Positions 1 to 8,960 of a stretch of DNA of 42,177 bases are shown one piece after another (within the stretch, counting starts at the first letter, position 1; the number at the start of each line of letters is the position of its first letter). Under the pieces are notes generated by a model. It was not told the DNA's origin. It searched no databases and worked only from the letters and a program-made list of their open reading frames with translations. The translations under genes and the position numbers were made by a program. Source of the DNA: a virus; IMG/VR virus record IMGVR_UViG_3300012929_000013; one strand, written 5' to 3'.

Positions 1-123
1 AGCCATGCGAGATAGGCTGCCCCGGCGTCGAGCGCCAAGGCCGGATTGAACAGCTTCTCCCAATCGACTCCCATGTCGCTGGCGGCTCCCCCGTGCATCT
101 GCATGAGGCCGCGTGCCTTGCCG
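1..123. repeat. Terminal direct repeat: bases 1-123 are identical to 42055-42177 (circular closure or terminal redundancy)
   Basis: Base-by-base comparison of the first and last lines of the window. The repeat lies inside a coding sequence. Confidence 0.95.
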
Positions 124-260
124 CCGTCGCCGATCGCGTTTTCGTCAAAATTCGATTCGTGCTGGACGATGGCGCGGAGCAGCTCGGGGCGGATGCCGTG
201 GCGCTCGGCGGCGGCGGCGATCATTGCCTCAAGCTCGGGGGAGGGTGAGGGAGTCGTCAT
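1..260 (-). CDS. Lytic transglycosylase (SLT-domain endolysin), N-terminal part; continues at 41871..42054 across the circular junction
   Basis: ATG at 260 overlaps (ATGA) the stop of the upstream small ORF. Translation is MTTPSPSPELEAMIAAAAERHGIRPELLRAIVQHESNFDENAIGDGGKARGLMQM..., with the SLT catalytic-Glu context (QHES). It is in frame with track ORF 41871..42158; the joined length is 444 nt (147 aa). Confidence 0.8.
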   Translation of the reverse strand, partial: MTTPSPSPELEAMIAAAAERHGIRPELLRAIVQHESNFDENAIGDGGKARGLMQMHGGAASDMGVDWEKLFNPALALDAGAAYLAW

Positions 261-418
261 CCGCCGGCCCAGATGATGAGGGTGAGCACCATCGCGAGCA
301 CGGCGATTGAAGCCAATGCGCACACCACAATCAGCACGGCATGGAACGCGCCATCCCAGAATCCGCGCATGAAGGCAGCGCGGCGTTGCGGGCAGCGGAG
401 CAGGGCGATCGGGCTCAT
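257..418 (-). CDS. Small membrane protein (53 aa), lysis-cassette member (holin/antiholin/spanin-like candidate)
   Basis: Not in the track (<60 aa). Hand translation: MSPIALLRCPQRRAAFMRGFWDGAFHAVLIVVCALASIAVLAMVLTLIIWAGG, with one clear TM helix. GAGG lies 8 nt upstream, GC3 is high, and the stop overlaps the SLT start. Confidence 0.6.
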   Translation of the reverse strand: MSPIALLRCPQRRAAFMRGFWDGAFHAVLIVVCALASIAVLAMVLTLIIWAGG

Positions 419-426
419 GGCGCGCC

Positions 427-615
427 TCAGTTGCGCTTGCGCGCTTCGATGGCGCGCACCGCGGCATTGTGCCAGGGGCTTTTCATGCCGAGTTGCCGCT
501 CGGCCTCAAGAACCTGTTCCGGGCTCATTCTGTCACCAGGTTTTGCCGTTTTCGGCAACACATAGCAACAGCGACCGTCGGGAGTAACAATAGCGATGGG
601 GAAAGTCTTCTTCAT
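427..615 (-). CDS. Hypothetical small protein (62 aa)
   Basis: Internal start MKKTFPIAIVTPDGRCCYVLPKTAKPGDRMSPEQVLEAERQLGMKSPWHNAAVRAIEARKRN of track ORF 427..813. The upstream part of that ORF is Arg-rich out-of-frame-looking sequence. Confidence 0.5.
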   Translation of the reverse strand: MKKTFPIAIVTPDGRCCYVLPKTAKPGDRMSPEQVLEAERQLGMKSPWHNAAVRAIEARKRN

Positions 616-653
616 GGCAGCGCACGGTGGACAGTGGGTTGCATCGCCTTGGC

Positions 654-740
654 CTATAGCTTTCGCGCGAAATAATAGCCCAGGCCGCCGACGACCACGA
701 ACACCAGGATGATGAGCAGGATCTTGACGATGTCGTCCAT
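654..740 (-). CDS. 28-aa hydrophobic peptide (single TM)
   Basis: Hand translation: MDDIVKILLIILVFVVVGGLGYYFARKL. It starts 3 nt after the lipoprotein stop, in the same operon orientation. Confidence 0.45.
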   Translation of the reverse strand: MDDIVKILLIILVFVVVGGLGYYFARKL

Positions 741-743
741 GGC

Positions 744-1082
744 TTAGGGCAGCGCCACGACGGCCGGCGGGTTGGCGATCGTCTTGAGCGTGCCGGTCTG
801 CTGGCCGAGCCACGCCAGCGATGACGAGTTCGCCGCGAGCTTTGAGATCGCCTCCGCCGTGCCGCAGCCGGCCTGCACGTACACATTGACCGCGGCCACG
901 GTGGACGCCGCGCCGCCCTTCGCGACCTGGCCGGCGATCTGCCCCGCCGCGAGAGCATCCATGCAGGCGGCTTGGATGGCCCCCACGGCGGCGGCGACAT
1001 CGGTTTGCGCCGTCTGGACGCCTGAGCCGCTACAGGCCGCCAGCGAGGCCGCCAGTGCGACGGCGAGGTATGGTCTCTTCAT
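744..1082 (-). CDS. Lipoprotein (112 aa), possible outer-membrane spanin-like component
   Basis: Internal start of track ORF 744..1253. MKRPYLAVALAASLAAC has a canonical lipobox (LAAC), and there is an ATGA overlap with the upstream holin-like gene. Confidence 0.7.
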   Translation of the reverse strand: MKRPYLAVALAASLAACSGSGVQTAQTDVAAAVGAIQAACMDALAAGQIAGQVAKGGAASTVAAVNVYVQAGCGTAEAISKLAANSSSLAWLGQQTGTLKTIANPPAVVALP

Positions 1083-1390
1083 GGTGTGGCCCCTCCCCCC
1101 TTGGATGCGACCGGCCCGAGCGCGGCGGCGGCCTGCTGGGCGGTCGAGGTCTGCGGCGCCACCGGCGAGGTGACGCCGACGGTGATCGGCTTGCCGGTCG
1201 CCGCGCTGTCGACGATGGCGGCCTTGACCTGCCGGCGGTTCACGGCCGACCACACGATCGGAAACGCGGCGATGGCAATGCCGGAGATCAGTTCGTAATT
1301 GCCGGAGGTCACCGCGCCATGCGCGACGAGCACGCCGCCGACGACCTTGAGGAGATCGCGCACGAGGCCGAGGTAATCATTCTGGTCCAT
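1079..1390 (-). CDS. Holin-like membrane protein (103 aa, two TM helices)
   Basis: Two hydrophobic helices (LLKVVGGVLVAHGAV and LISGIAIAAFPIVWSAV). It is the first gene after the tail fibres and heads the lysis cluster. Confidence 0.5.
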   Translation of the reverse strand: MDQNDYLGLVRDLLKVVGGVLVAHGAVTSGNYELISGIAIAAFPIVWSAVNRRQVKAAIVDSAATGKPITVGVTSPVAPQTSTAQQAAAALGPVASKGGGATP

Positions 1391-1398
1391 GGCGAGTC

Positions 1399-2274
1399 CT
1401 ACGGCAGCCGCATGGCGCGTTTTAGCGCGTCGATCTCGCGCTGTTGCTCCTGTACGGCCTTGACCAAAACCGCGATGACCGCCTCCTGTCGATAGCTTTT
1501 CGGCGTCACCCCGTCGTCGTCGTAGATGGCGAGACGCGGATCGGCGTCGGCGACATTCTCGGCGATAAGGCCGATTTGCCGCCTGGGGAAATTTCGATCC
1601 GGATTGGGAATCGCGTCCTCGCGCATATTGAAGGCAACAGGCTCCAGCTTGCCGACGAGATCGACGGCGCGTGATTCAAGCGGCTGAATATTCATCTTGT
1701 ATCGCCGCGACGAGATGGTGCAAGCCGTCGTCTGCAAGGTCAAAATGTTGCCGGCCGACATGCAGACGAAATCGGCGTTGGTCCCCGTGGTGACACCGGG
1801 CAGAGTGATTTGCTGCGCCGAACTGACCGTCAGTCCGACCGTCGTGCCGCCGGTCTGCACGGAAAATCCGCCGGAGGCGTTCGGCGACTGGATCAGAACG
1901 CCACCCGTGCCATTGGCGCCCGCCGTCCAGTATGTCGTGCTCGCGGCGAGGCCGCCGGCGGTGGTAAAGCCGGACGATGTATTGCCGATCTCGGCGGTTC
2001 CCGGCGTGGCAGAACTGATGAGACTGAGGCGCGATTTCGCCAATGTTCCGGTATTTGTATTGCTTACAGTGTAACCAATCGGCGCATTGGCGGAGCGCGT
2101 GGAGACAAGCGCCTGCGTATTCAATGTGACCAAGAGAACACCCGCGCTGTCCATCAGCGTCGGATCGGTGATCGTCGTGCTCTGCGGTACCCCGCTCGGC
2201 GTCGATAACTGCTGCGCGGTTACGCCCGCGGCGAGGAGCGCGAAGGCTGCCGCTACCGCCCAGATGGCACGCAT
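1399..2274 (-). CDS. Tail fibre/spike protein with C-terminal peptidase-S74 intramolecular chaperone domain (291 aa)
   Basis: Internal start MRAIWAVAAAFALLAAGVTAQQ of track ORF 1399..2625 (TAATG junction with the upstream gene). The C-terminus SSRRYKMNIQPLE...RQIGLIAENVADADPRL...EQQREIDALKRAM matches the S74 autoproteolysis/chaperone pattern. Confidence 0.7.
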   Translation of the reverse strand: MRAIWAVAAAFALLAAGVTAQQLSTPSGVPQSTTITDPTLMDSAGVLLVTLNTQALVSTRSANAPIGYTVSNTNTGTLAKSRLSLISSATPGTAEIGNTSSGFTTAGGLAASTTYWTAGANGTGGVLIQSPNASGGFSVQTGGTTVGLTVSSAQQITLPGVTTGTNADFVCMSAGNILTLQTTACTISSRRYKMNIQPLESRAVDLVGKLEPVAFNMREDAIPNPDRNFPRRQIGLIAENVADADPRLAIYDDDGVTPKSYRQEAVIAVLVKAVQEQQREIDALKRAMRLP

Positions 2275-2759
2275 TACAGCACCCGCCCATGGACGAAGCC
2301 GACCGTGCTCGCCGTCAGGCTTGAGCACGCCGTCGAGCTGATCGCCACCGTGATCCCGACCGAGTACGTCTCGCCCGGCGCCGAGACGAAGCTGAGCGAC
2401 CGTGACGTGTTGGCGGCGATGTCGACGCACTCGACGAGGTTGCCGCTGGCCGTGCCCGCCGTCGTCGCGCCATTGCTCGGCAGCGCCGTCGCGTTGAACA
2501 CCATGAGCCAGCATGCCGAGGTGCACTCGGCATAGACATCGAGCAGCGTCCCCGCCGCCGCCTTGAGAACGCAGTTCGATACGGCCGAGCCGCAAACCGC
2601 CGGGATCAGCGTCGTGACATAGCACGGCTGCGAGCCGCAGCCATTGGCATTGGCCGGGGAGAAGACGCCAGGCGCGGTGCCGGTGGCATCGCGCGGCTGC
2701 GCCATGGCGGAGCCGACGACCAGAGAGAAGGCGAGAGCGAGAAGCCAGCGCGATATCAT
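2274..2759 (-). CDS. Cys-rich protein with Sec-type signal peptide (161 aa), tail-module member
   Basis: MISRWLLALAFSLVVGSAMA-QP has a signal-like N-terminus and the protein contains 8 Cys. It lies between two fibre genes. Confidence 0.7.
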   Translation of the reverse strand: MISRWLLALAFSLVVGSAMAQPRDATGTAPGVFSPANANGCGSQPCYVTTLIPAVCGSAVSNCVLKAAAGTLLDVYAECTSACWLMVFNATALPSNGATTAGTASGNLVECVDIAANTSRSLSFVSAPGETYSVGITVAISSTACSSLTASTVGFVHGRVL

Positions 2760-2775
2760 GGAAACCCCCTCGGTA

Positions 2776-3528
2776 TTACGGCACCGGCATCATGCTGGCC
2801 CGCGTATAGTTGAGCGCGAACAAGCCGCCGCCCGCCGTAATATACAGCATCATCGCGTCCCATTGCTTGAGGAGATAGAAATATCCCCGGTTGTAGCCCG
2901 GATTGACCAGCGGATCATTCGACGGGTTGATGAACTCGCCCGGCGCCGGACAGATCACCATTGGTCCGGTACCCGCGTCCACCTTCATGAACCAGACGAC
3001 GCAGGAGAGATAATCGCCGCCGTTGGCATTCGTTCCGGCCGGCGCCGGTGGGCACCAATTCGCCGTTGGATCGAGCGAGACCTGAATATTTCCGCCGGCG
3101 AGCGTCACATTGCCGTAAACGATCTCGCGATGGCTGCGCGGCGTACACTGGAAGGCCGGCACGGCAATGGTGCGCTGCGAGCGCGGCACGTTGGTGTGGT
3201 GCGTCAGCTCGGCGAGGCTCCAGTCGCCGACGCCGTCGCAGGTCAACTCGACGACATCCTGCGGCATCGGGCAGATGATGCCGTAGGGGTGGGTTGCGCC
3301 GTAGAAGCGGTTGAGCCGATCGGTGCCCTGGACGCGGAACGCCATGACGAAGGCGAAATCATCGCTCTTGCGGAAACGGCAGCGCCAGCCGGCCGGCAGC
3401 GTGCTGGCCGGCGGAAGTGCCACATTGGCATCGCCATTCTCGCAGTCGAGCCAGATTTCCGCGCCGTCCCAGCCCGCGACGACGCTGATGACCGCCGGCA
3501 TCGTCAATTTGATGAGAGGAACGGTCAT
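2776..3528 (-). CDS. Hypothetical tail-associated protein (250 aa)
   Basis: Track ORF. Placed by its position between the fibre genes; I recognise no motif. Confidence 0.7.
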   Translation of the reverse strand: MTVPLIKLTMPAVISVVAGWDGAEIWLDCENGDANVALPPASTLPAGWRCRFRKSDDFAFVMAFRVQGTDRLNRFYGATHPYGIICPMPQDVVELTCDGVGDWSLAELTHHTNVPRSQRTIAVPAFQCTPRSHREIVYGNVTLAGGNIQVSLDPTANWCPPAPAGTNANGGDYLSCVVWFMKVDAGTGPMVICPAPGEFINPSNDPLVNPGYNRGYFYLLKQWDAMMLYITAGGGLFALNYTRASMMPVP

Positions 3529-3540
3529 TTGGCGTGCTCC

Positions 3541-4356
3541 TTATGCTTGGCGGCCATAGCAGACGAGCGAGAACGCGGCGTCCGCGCCTACGCCATTAGT
3601 TGAATTGTAGACCTGGACGATGCAGCTTCCGGCAGCCCGCCCGCCGGGGACCGTTGAAATCGCATTCGCCGTGCCAGCCGCAACTTCAAGACCGGGAACC
3701 GCCGCATAGTTGGCGGTCGCGAATCCGGTCGTGAAGTTCACCGTATAATTGCCAGCCGAGTTCCTCGTCACGCTGGCGATGTTGTAGGATGCCTGAATGA
3801 CGCCGCTGGAGTTGGCGAATAGCCAAGCCTTCGCCGCACTGTCGCTGTCATTCACCCGCGCTGGCGTGACGATGGTCGCGTTGTCGGTTCCGGTTTGCAT
3901 CGTCGCCTTGGTGGCGACAGCTGCCGGGAACGTCGGATTGAGCAGCTCCCATCTGGTATTCGCCAGATTGTAGACGAGGTCGATCTGGGCGAGATTGCCG
4001 GCGATGTCGCCGGCGACAAGCGCCGTACCGCCCTTCTTGACGATGGTACGCGCGGTGCCGCCATTGATCGCCAGCGTCGGCGTCGTGGTGGCGTTCGCGG
4101 CGATAGCCCTGATCCTGATCGCCATGCCGTCGACGAGGGTCGATGGCGCGGTCGGAATGTTGGTATAGGTCACCGTCAGCGCATCGGCCGTGCCGCCGGC
4201 GACCGTCGAGACGCAAAGCGCCTCAAATAAACATGCCAACGCCGCGCGCGCGCAATCGTTAACGTTGCTGGGTAGCATCCCTTCTGGCCATCCCTGAGGC
4301 ACAGCTTGGTTATTTGAAGCTGGCGTAGCTGACCAATCCCAGGCCGAAAAAGTCAT
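3541..4356 (-). CDS. Tail fibre protein (271 aa)
   Basis: The N-terminus W..ATPASNNQAVPQGWPEGMLPSNVNDCARA matches the conserved fibre N-terminal motif (...P.G.PEGM....VN...R) seen in alphaproteobacterial phage fibres. The rest is Thr/Ala/Gly-rich. Confidence 0.65.
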   Translation of the reverse strand: MTFSAWDWSATPASNNQAVPQGWPEGMLPSNVNDCARAALACLFEALCVSTVAGGTADALTVTYTNIPTAPSTLVDGMAIRIRAIAANATTTPTLAINGGTARTIVKKGGTALVAGDIAGNLAQIDLVYNLANTRWELLNPTFPAAVATKATMQTGTDNATIVTPARVNDSDSAAKAWLFANSSGVIQASYNIASVTRNSAGNYTVNFTTGFATANYAAVPGLEVAAGTANAISTVPGGRAAGSCIVQVYNSTNGVGADAAFSLVCYGRQA

Positions 4357-4414
4357 TACCGACTACCTCTTCTGTGCGCTTGACGACGCGCGCCGCGATG
4401 CAGGATGGTGAAGC

Positions 4415-4672
4415 ATGATTTGGGCCGATAGAATCACCATCGCGCTGACCGGCTGTTTCGTCGTTTTCATCGCCGCACTTTCGGGCGGACCGAACTCGCA
4501 TTCAGTCCCGATCGAGGGGCTGGTCGGCGACTTTTTGAAGGTCGCCATGATAATATGGATACCGCTGCGGCTCATTGATTTTGCCGTCGGCGGTCCCTGG
4601 GAGCGGCGCCGGACCAGACAGCTTCGAGAGCGGATAGCACGCGCCAGTCCCTACGGCGACGGGAACGAGTAG
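4415..4672 (+). CDS. Small membrane protein (85 aa) encoded antisense to the structural operon (moron candidate)
   Basis: Track ORF with strong GC3 bias when read codon by codon. It has two hydrophobic helices (ITIALTGCFVVFIAALSG and VAMIIWIPLRLIDFAV), sits in a lower-GC gap, and TTGACG at 4380-4385 lies upstream. Confidence 0.6.
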   Translation: MIWADRITIALTGCFVVFIAALSGGPNSHSVPIEGLVGDFLKVAMIIWIPLRLIDFAVGGPWERRRTRQLRERIARASPYGDGNE

Positions 4673-6087
4673 GCATCGAGAAGACCTTGCGGGTTGCTCA
4701 ACAGCGAGCCCCGCACCCCAGCGCCGGCACCCATGTCCCAAAGATTCGGAAGCATCGGTACAGGACGCTGCTGAAACAGCGGCGAGCGCCGGCGCATCAT
4801 CTCGTCGAGCCCTCTCATCTGGCGGCCGACCAACGAGTTGTAGGCCGAGCGGGTGCCAGTACCGAGTCCTGTCGCCGCTCCGGCGCCAATAGCGGCGCCC
4901 TCCATTCCGCCGCCCATGGCCGAGCCGATCGCACCGCCAAGACTGGCAATTGCCGTTTGCCCCAGGCCACCGCCGCCGCCGAGCATGTTGCCGACACGGC
5001 GCAACGTATTCGAAGTCGCCGTACCGTTGACGACCTGCCGCATGGCGTCTAGCTCCTCCGCCGAGAAGCCTCGACTTTGCTTGTCATTGAGGAGGAGAGA
5101 GGCAAGCCGCTGCCGCAAGGTATTTCCGGTGTTCTGGCCGGAATTCGCGGCGGAGGCTCGCAGGTCGGCAGCCTCCTCGACGCCGCTGACGCGATCGGAT
5201 CGGAACATGGCGGCTGAGTTGGCCCTGGCTTCCCTGATGAGCCTAGCCGCCGCGGTGAGAGGGTTTTCAGCCACCCCAGCAGCCCCGGTCCCGTTCGCGC
5301 CGCCCGCCCCGGCGGCGGCAGAGGGGACAGGTAGAGTCGAGCCAGGGCCAGGGGAAATAGAAGCGGCGCCAGCACCAGCATCCTCAATATGCTGATCGAT
5401 CCGAGCAATGATTCTTCGGGCGGCTTCCTGCTCGGTTGGATTGCCGAAATTGCCGGCGATGCGGCCGAGCGACTTTCGGACGGCATCGAGGCTGCCGATG
5501 TTGACGGTCGATCCCGGCGGCGGATTGGAGAGACGGCCGAGGACGGCAAAGGTCTGGGGCGCAAGCTCGGAAAGGATGCCATCGGACTCAAGCTCATGTT
5601 GCGCCGTCTGGGCAAGATTGCCAATGTCGGCGCCGGGATATTCCGCGCCGGTTTGGCGTGCTGCATCGTAACCGGCACTCGCCGCGGTCTTCAGCTCGGC
5701 AGCGGTCGGAACGGGTGCCTGTCCGCGGCGCTCCGACATCAGCGCCCCAGGAACGGCGCGAGCGCCCGCCCGCATCGCCGGCGACATCGGCGAGAACATG
5801 GTTGCGAAGTCGAAGGCACGCTTCTGTCCCTCCGGACTCGCGGGGTCGAGGCGGCCAGCGTAGGCATCGCCCGGCGCCGTGAAGGCATCTAGAGCCGCGC
5901 CGGTCAAGCCGGCATGGATGTCAAAATGAACGCCGCCTTGCGGGTCCTCGCTGAACGGCAGGACGCTGAACGGCGTGCTTTGTTGCGGAATGCCATGCTG
6001 CTTCACGAGATCGGCGTCGCTCAACCCCGAGCCAGGATTAGGAATATCATGTGCCGCGATCAGGTCGCTGTCACTGAGCGGGGGCAT
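4651..6087 (-). CDS. Internal virion/ejection protein candidate (478 aa)
   Basis: Track ORF. The assignment rests on its T7-like position between the tube genes and the fibres; it has an Ala/Gly-rich C-terminus. Confidence 0.75.
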   Translation of the reverse strand: MPPLSDSDLIAAHDIPNPGSGLSDADLVKQHGIPQQSTPFSVLPFSEDPQGGVHFDIHAGLTGAALDAFTAPGDAYAGRLDPASPEGQKRAFDFATMFSPMSPAMRAGARAVPGALMSERRGQAPVPTAAELKTAASAGYDAARQTGAEYPGADIGNLAQTAQHELESDGILSELAPQTFAVLGRLSNPPPGSTVNIGSLDAVRKSLGRIAGNFGNPTEQEAARRIIARIDQHIEDAGAGAASISPGPGSTLPVPSAAAGAGGANGTGAAGVAENPLTAAARLIREARANSAAMFRSDRVSGVEEAADLRASAANSGQNTGNTLRQRLASLLLNDKQSRGFSAEELDAMRQVVNGTATSNTLRRVGNMLGGGGGLGQTAIASLGGAIGSAMGGGMEGAAIGAGAATGLGTGTRSAYNSLVGRQMRGLDEMMRRRSPLFQQRPVPMLPNLWDMGAGAGVRGSLLSNPQGLLDAYSFPSP

Positions 6088-8107
6088 TTTTCAACCATCC
6101 CTTCGCGCCCCATGTGTAGCTTTCGCCGCTCGGCGCGGTCCATTGGGTTTTTCCGACCTCGCGCGAGGACATGGGCGGCAGTTGATCGGGAACCTTCATG
6201 CCCTTGAAGGTGGGCAACTCCTTATTGGCGTAATCGATGAATTTCTCGAGCGGATTCTTCCTCAGATAGCTGCTTTGGAATTGATTCGCATCGAGCCAAT
6301 TCCCCTGCTGGCCAGGACCATGATAGTCATCGATCATGTTGCCGGTCTGGTAGGCGCCGCCGAGAAGCTGCGTCATGCCCTCGCGCAAGGCCGCCGGCTC
6401 CATGTCCGGCGAGTAGCCATGCTCCAGGAAGGCATTGAACTCGCTGTTGAGGATGCGCCCCCCCGTGCCGGCATTGGCCGTCTTCAGGTAGGCAAGCGAT
6501 TCTTGCATGCTGTTCCACAGGATCGTCTGCACGCCGGCACGATCCTTGGCGCTCATGATCTTGGCTGCCAAACCATCGAACCCCATGCCGCTGACCATTT
6601 TCGATGCGTTCGCCCTCGCCTCGCTCAAGCCGCCGGCCTCGGTCACCGCGAGGACCTTCGCCGTCGAGAGGACGCGCGCGCGCACCGTCGGGATGCTACC
6701 GCTGACCGCGTTCCAATTCTCCTCAGTCTTCGTCGATGCCGCGGACTGGCCGGAATAATCCATCTCGCCGGTCTTGAGCGTCTGATTACCGCGCGAGGAT
6801 GGAACGATAGTGCCGCGCTCAGTCACAAAATCCTTGCCGGTTAGGGCCGATTGCTGCGGCGTTGCGGCGAAATCTCCGCTCGGCGGCTTCGCCCCGCCAG
6901 CAACCGGCGTCGGCAGCGGTCCGGCACCGCTTGATAGCGGCACGCCGCCGCCGCCGAGGATCGTCGGAGCGCCAGCCGCCGGCCCCATCTTGAAGCCGTG
7001 CTGCTGCTGCGCCAGCGCCGACTCGCGCGCGAGCTGCGCACCCTGTTGAATGCCGGCGAACCGGCGCGCGATATCCTCCTCGCCCGGCTGCACGCGGTAT
7101 TGCCCGGTCTTCATGTCGAGGAAGCGTCCCGGAACGCCCGGCCGCTCGCCGCCAATGAACGGCTTGAGATCGGCAGCCTTGGCAAGCAATCCATCGCGCA
7201 GCGGCCCCGGCGGCAGTGAGTTGGCATACTCGACGAGACGCTGCTGATCGAGCGGGCCGGGGAACTGCTTCGAAATGATGTCCTTGCCCGAGCCGGGAAA
7301 CAATATATCCATGCCATAGGCGTTTTTCACGACATTGGACGGCAAACCGCCGATCGCCCCGCCGGAAGGTGCGGCGGGAGGTGCACCAGTCGCACCAACC
7401 GCCGGTAGTTGCTGCATGGGCGGTTGCTGCATCGGCGGCATCTGGGGTTGCGCCATTGGCGGCTGTTGCATCGGCGGAGCACCGCCTGCGACAGGCCCCA
7501 TATTGCCCGGCAATTGAGCGGTACCGGCCTGCATGCCAGGCGATAGTGTCGGCGGCGTGATCCAACCCGGCGCCGAGGATGGCGGCGAGGCTGGCGGTGC
7601 CGCTCCTGGTGTTGCTGTCGGCGATGCGCCAAGCTGCGGCGGAGGCTGCTCGCGGTCGGTGATGCCCTCTGGTGCCGGCGGTGGTGGCTGCGTTCCGAAA
7701 TGTCCCGACATGACGTTTTTCGCCATCGGCAGGTATTTGTTCATGTCGAATGCCGGCGGCGGCTGATTTCGCAGTATCATCTGCCCGGCATCGAGCTTGT
7801 AAAGCTGCACCGCCGTATTGAGCATCTTTTCCTGCAAGCCTTGCTGCAATATCTGCTGTTGCGTTCCGGCCTGAATTCCGCTTGTAAGCCCCTGCCCAAG
7901 TCCGGCGATAGCGCCGGCGCGAAGCTGTGCACCGGATTGCGGCAGGCGCGAATAGCCGGCATAGGGCTCGATGCCCTTGGCGATGCCGGAGCCGGCGCCG
8001 AGCAGGGCGAGCACGCGCGGATCGGTCAGCATGCCCATTCCGCCCGTCGCGTTAGGATCGGACGATGAATCGCCGCCGCCAAAGAGACCGTCGAGCAGGC
8101 CAGCCAT
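6071..8107 (-). CDS. Large internal virion protein candidate (678 aa) with Pro/Gln/Met-rich low-complexity core
   Basis: Track ORF containing PPMQQPPMAQPQMPPMQQPPMQQLP. Its synteny matches the large T7-like internal core proteins. Confidence 0.75.
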   Translation of the reverse strand: MAGLLDGLFGGGDSSSDPNATGGMGMLTDPRVLALLGAGSGIAKGIEPYAGYSRLPQSGAQLRAGAIAGLGQGLTSGIQAGTQQQILQQGLQEKMLNTAVQLYKLDAGQMILRNQPPPAFDMNKYLPMAKNVMSGHFGTQPPPPAPEGITDREQPPPQLGASPTATPGAAPPASPPSSAPGWITPPTLSPGMQAGTAQLPGNMGPVAGGAPPMQQPPMAQPQMPPMQQPPMQQLPAVGATGAPPAAPSGGAIGGLPSNVVKNAYGMDILFPGSGKDIISKQFPGPLDQQRLVEYANSLPPGPLRDGLLAKAADLKPFIGGERPGVPGRFLDMKTGQYRVQPGEEDIARRFAGIQQGAQLARESALAQQQHGFKMGPAAGAPTILGGGGVPLSSGAGPLPTPVAGGAKPPSGDFAATPQQSALTGKDFVTERGTIVPSSRGNQTLKTGEMDYSGQSAASTKTEENWNAVSGSIPTVRARVLSTAKVLAVTEAGGLSEARANASKMVSGMGFDGLAAKIMSAKDRAGVQTILWNSMQESLAYLKTANAGTGGRILNSEFNAFLEHGYSPDMEPAALREGMTQLLGGAYQTGNMIDDYHGPGQQGNWLDANQFQSSYLRKNPLEKFIDYANKELPTFKGMKVPDQLPPMSSREVGKTQWTAPSGESYTWGAKGWLKNAPAQ

Positions 8108-8958
8108 CAGAACGCCCCACCGCCGAAGAGACCGCCAAGAATGGCGCCGCCGGCAGTGCCGAAGCCCGGCATGATCATGGTGCCGAGCCCGGCGCCCGTT
8201 GCCGCGCCGCTCAATCCGCCCGCCAGATTCGATCCGCTTGCCGGCCCAAAATACGGCTGCGTCAGGGTCGATGTCCCGCCGTAGTTGCCTTGGATCATCT
8301 GGTTATACAAGCCAAGCTTGTTGTAGGGTAGCTGCTGCTGGAAGTTGAAGCGCTGAATCTGATCATTAATGCTGGCCTGCGTCTGCTGCTGCTGCTGCGC
8401 GCCGGCATCCGCCACGGCACCGATATTCTGATAGTCGGCGCCCTGCAACGATGGCGCGAGGCCTTGCGCGCGAAGCTGATTGGTCCGCTCGTCGCTATAG
8501 TTCTGATACCCGAGCGCGCCGATCGCATCGCCGAGACCGGCGGAGACACCATAGGCCGCGCCCGGCGAGTTGATCCGATTGCCCATGTTGAAGGTCGAGG
8601 TGAGCGCCGGCAGGGCCGAGGCAGTCACCTTGTCGGCCATCTGCTGGAAGTACGGATTGCCGGCGCCGAGGAAGTAGCCGCTCGATGTCAGCGCCGAGTT
8701 CTGGTCCGCCGCGTTGACCTGCGGCGTGCCGGACGTGCCTTGGGCGATCTCAGCCGCTTGCGCCTGCTGTTGCGGCGCGGTGAAGCCGGCAACCGTCGAA
8801 TTCGGGAAATAGCTCGGCGAGTAGTTCTGGTTGAGGCCTTGCGCCTGGCCCATGACATCGCTGAGGAACGGCTGCTGCCCGGACCACGGATCGGCCTTCT
8901 GCACCGTCGTCGTGGTGCCTTGCGGATTGGGACTGGAGCCGCCGCCGCCGCTGGGCAT
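8107..8958 (-). CDS. Internal virion protein candidate (283 aa), Gln/Gly-rich
   Basis: Track ORF with a TGATG junction to the next gene. Its C-terminus GGLFGGGAF echoes the next protein's N-terminus GLFGGG. Confidence 0.75.
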   Translation of the reverse strand: MPSGGGGSSPNPQGTTTTVQKADPWSGQQPFLSDVMGQAQGLNQNYSPSYFPNSTVAGFTAPQQQAQAAEIAQGTSGTPQVNAADQNSALTSSGYFLGAGNPYFQQMADKVTASALPALTSTFNMGNRINSPGAAYGVSAGLGDAIGALGYQNYSDERTNQLRAQGLAPSLQGADYQNIGAVADAGAQQQQQTQASINDQIQRFNFQQQLPYNKLGLYNQMIQGNYGGTSTLTQPYFGPASGSNLAGGLSGAATGAGLGTMIMPGFGTAGGAILGGLFGGGAF

Positions 8959-8960
8959 GG

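Noticed and set aside
4363-4575. 70-aa minus-strand ORF in the fibre/internal-protein gap
   Set aside because: Its composition is poor, and the plus-strand ORF 4415..4672 over the same bases has much better GC3 bias and clear TM helices.
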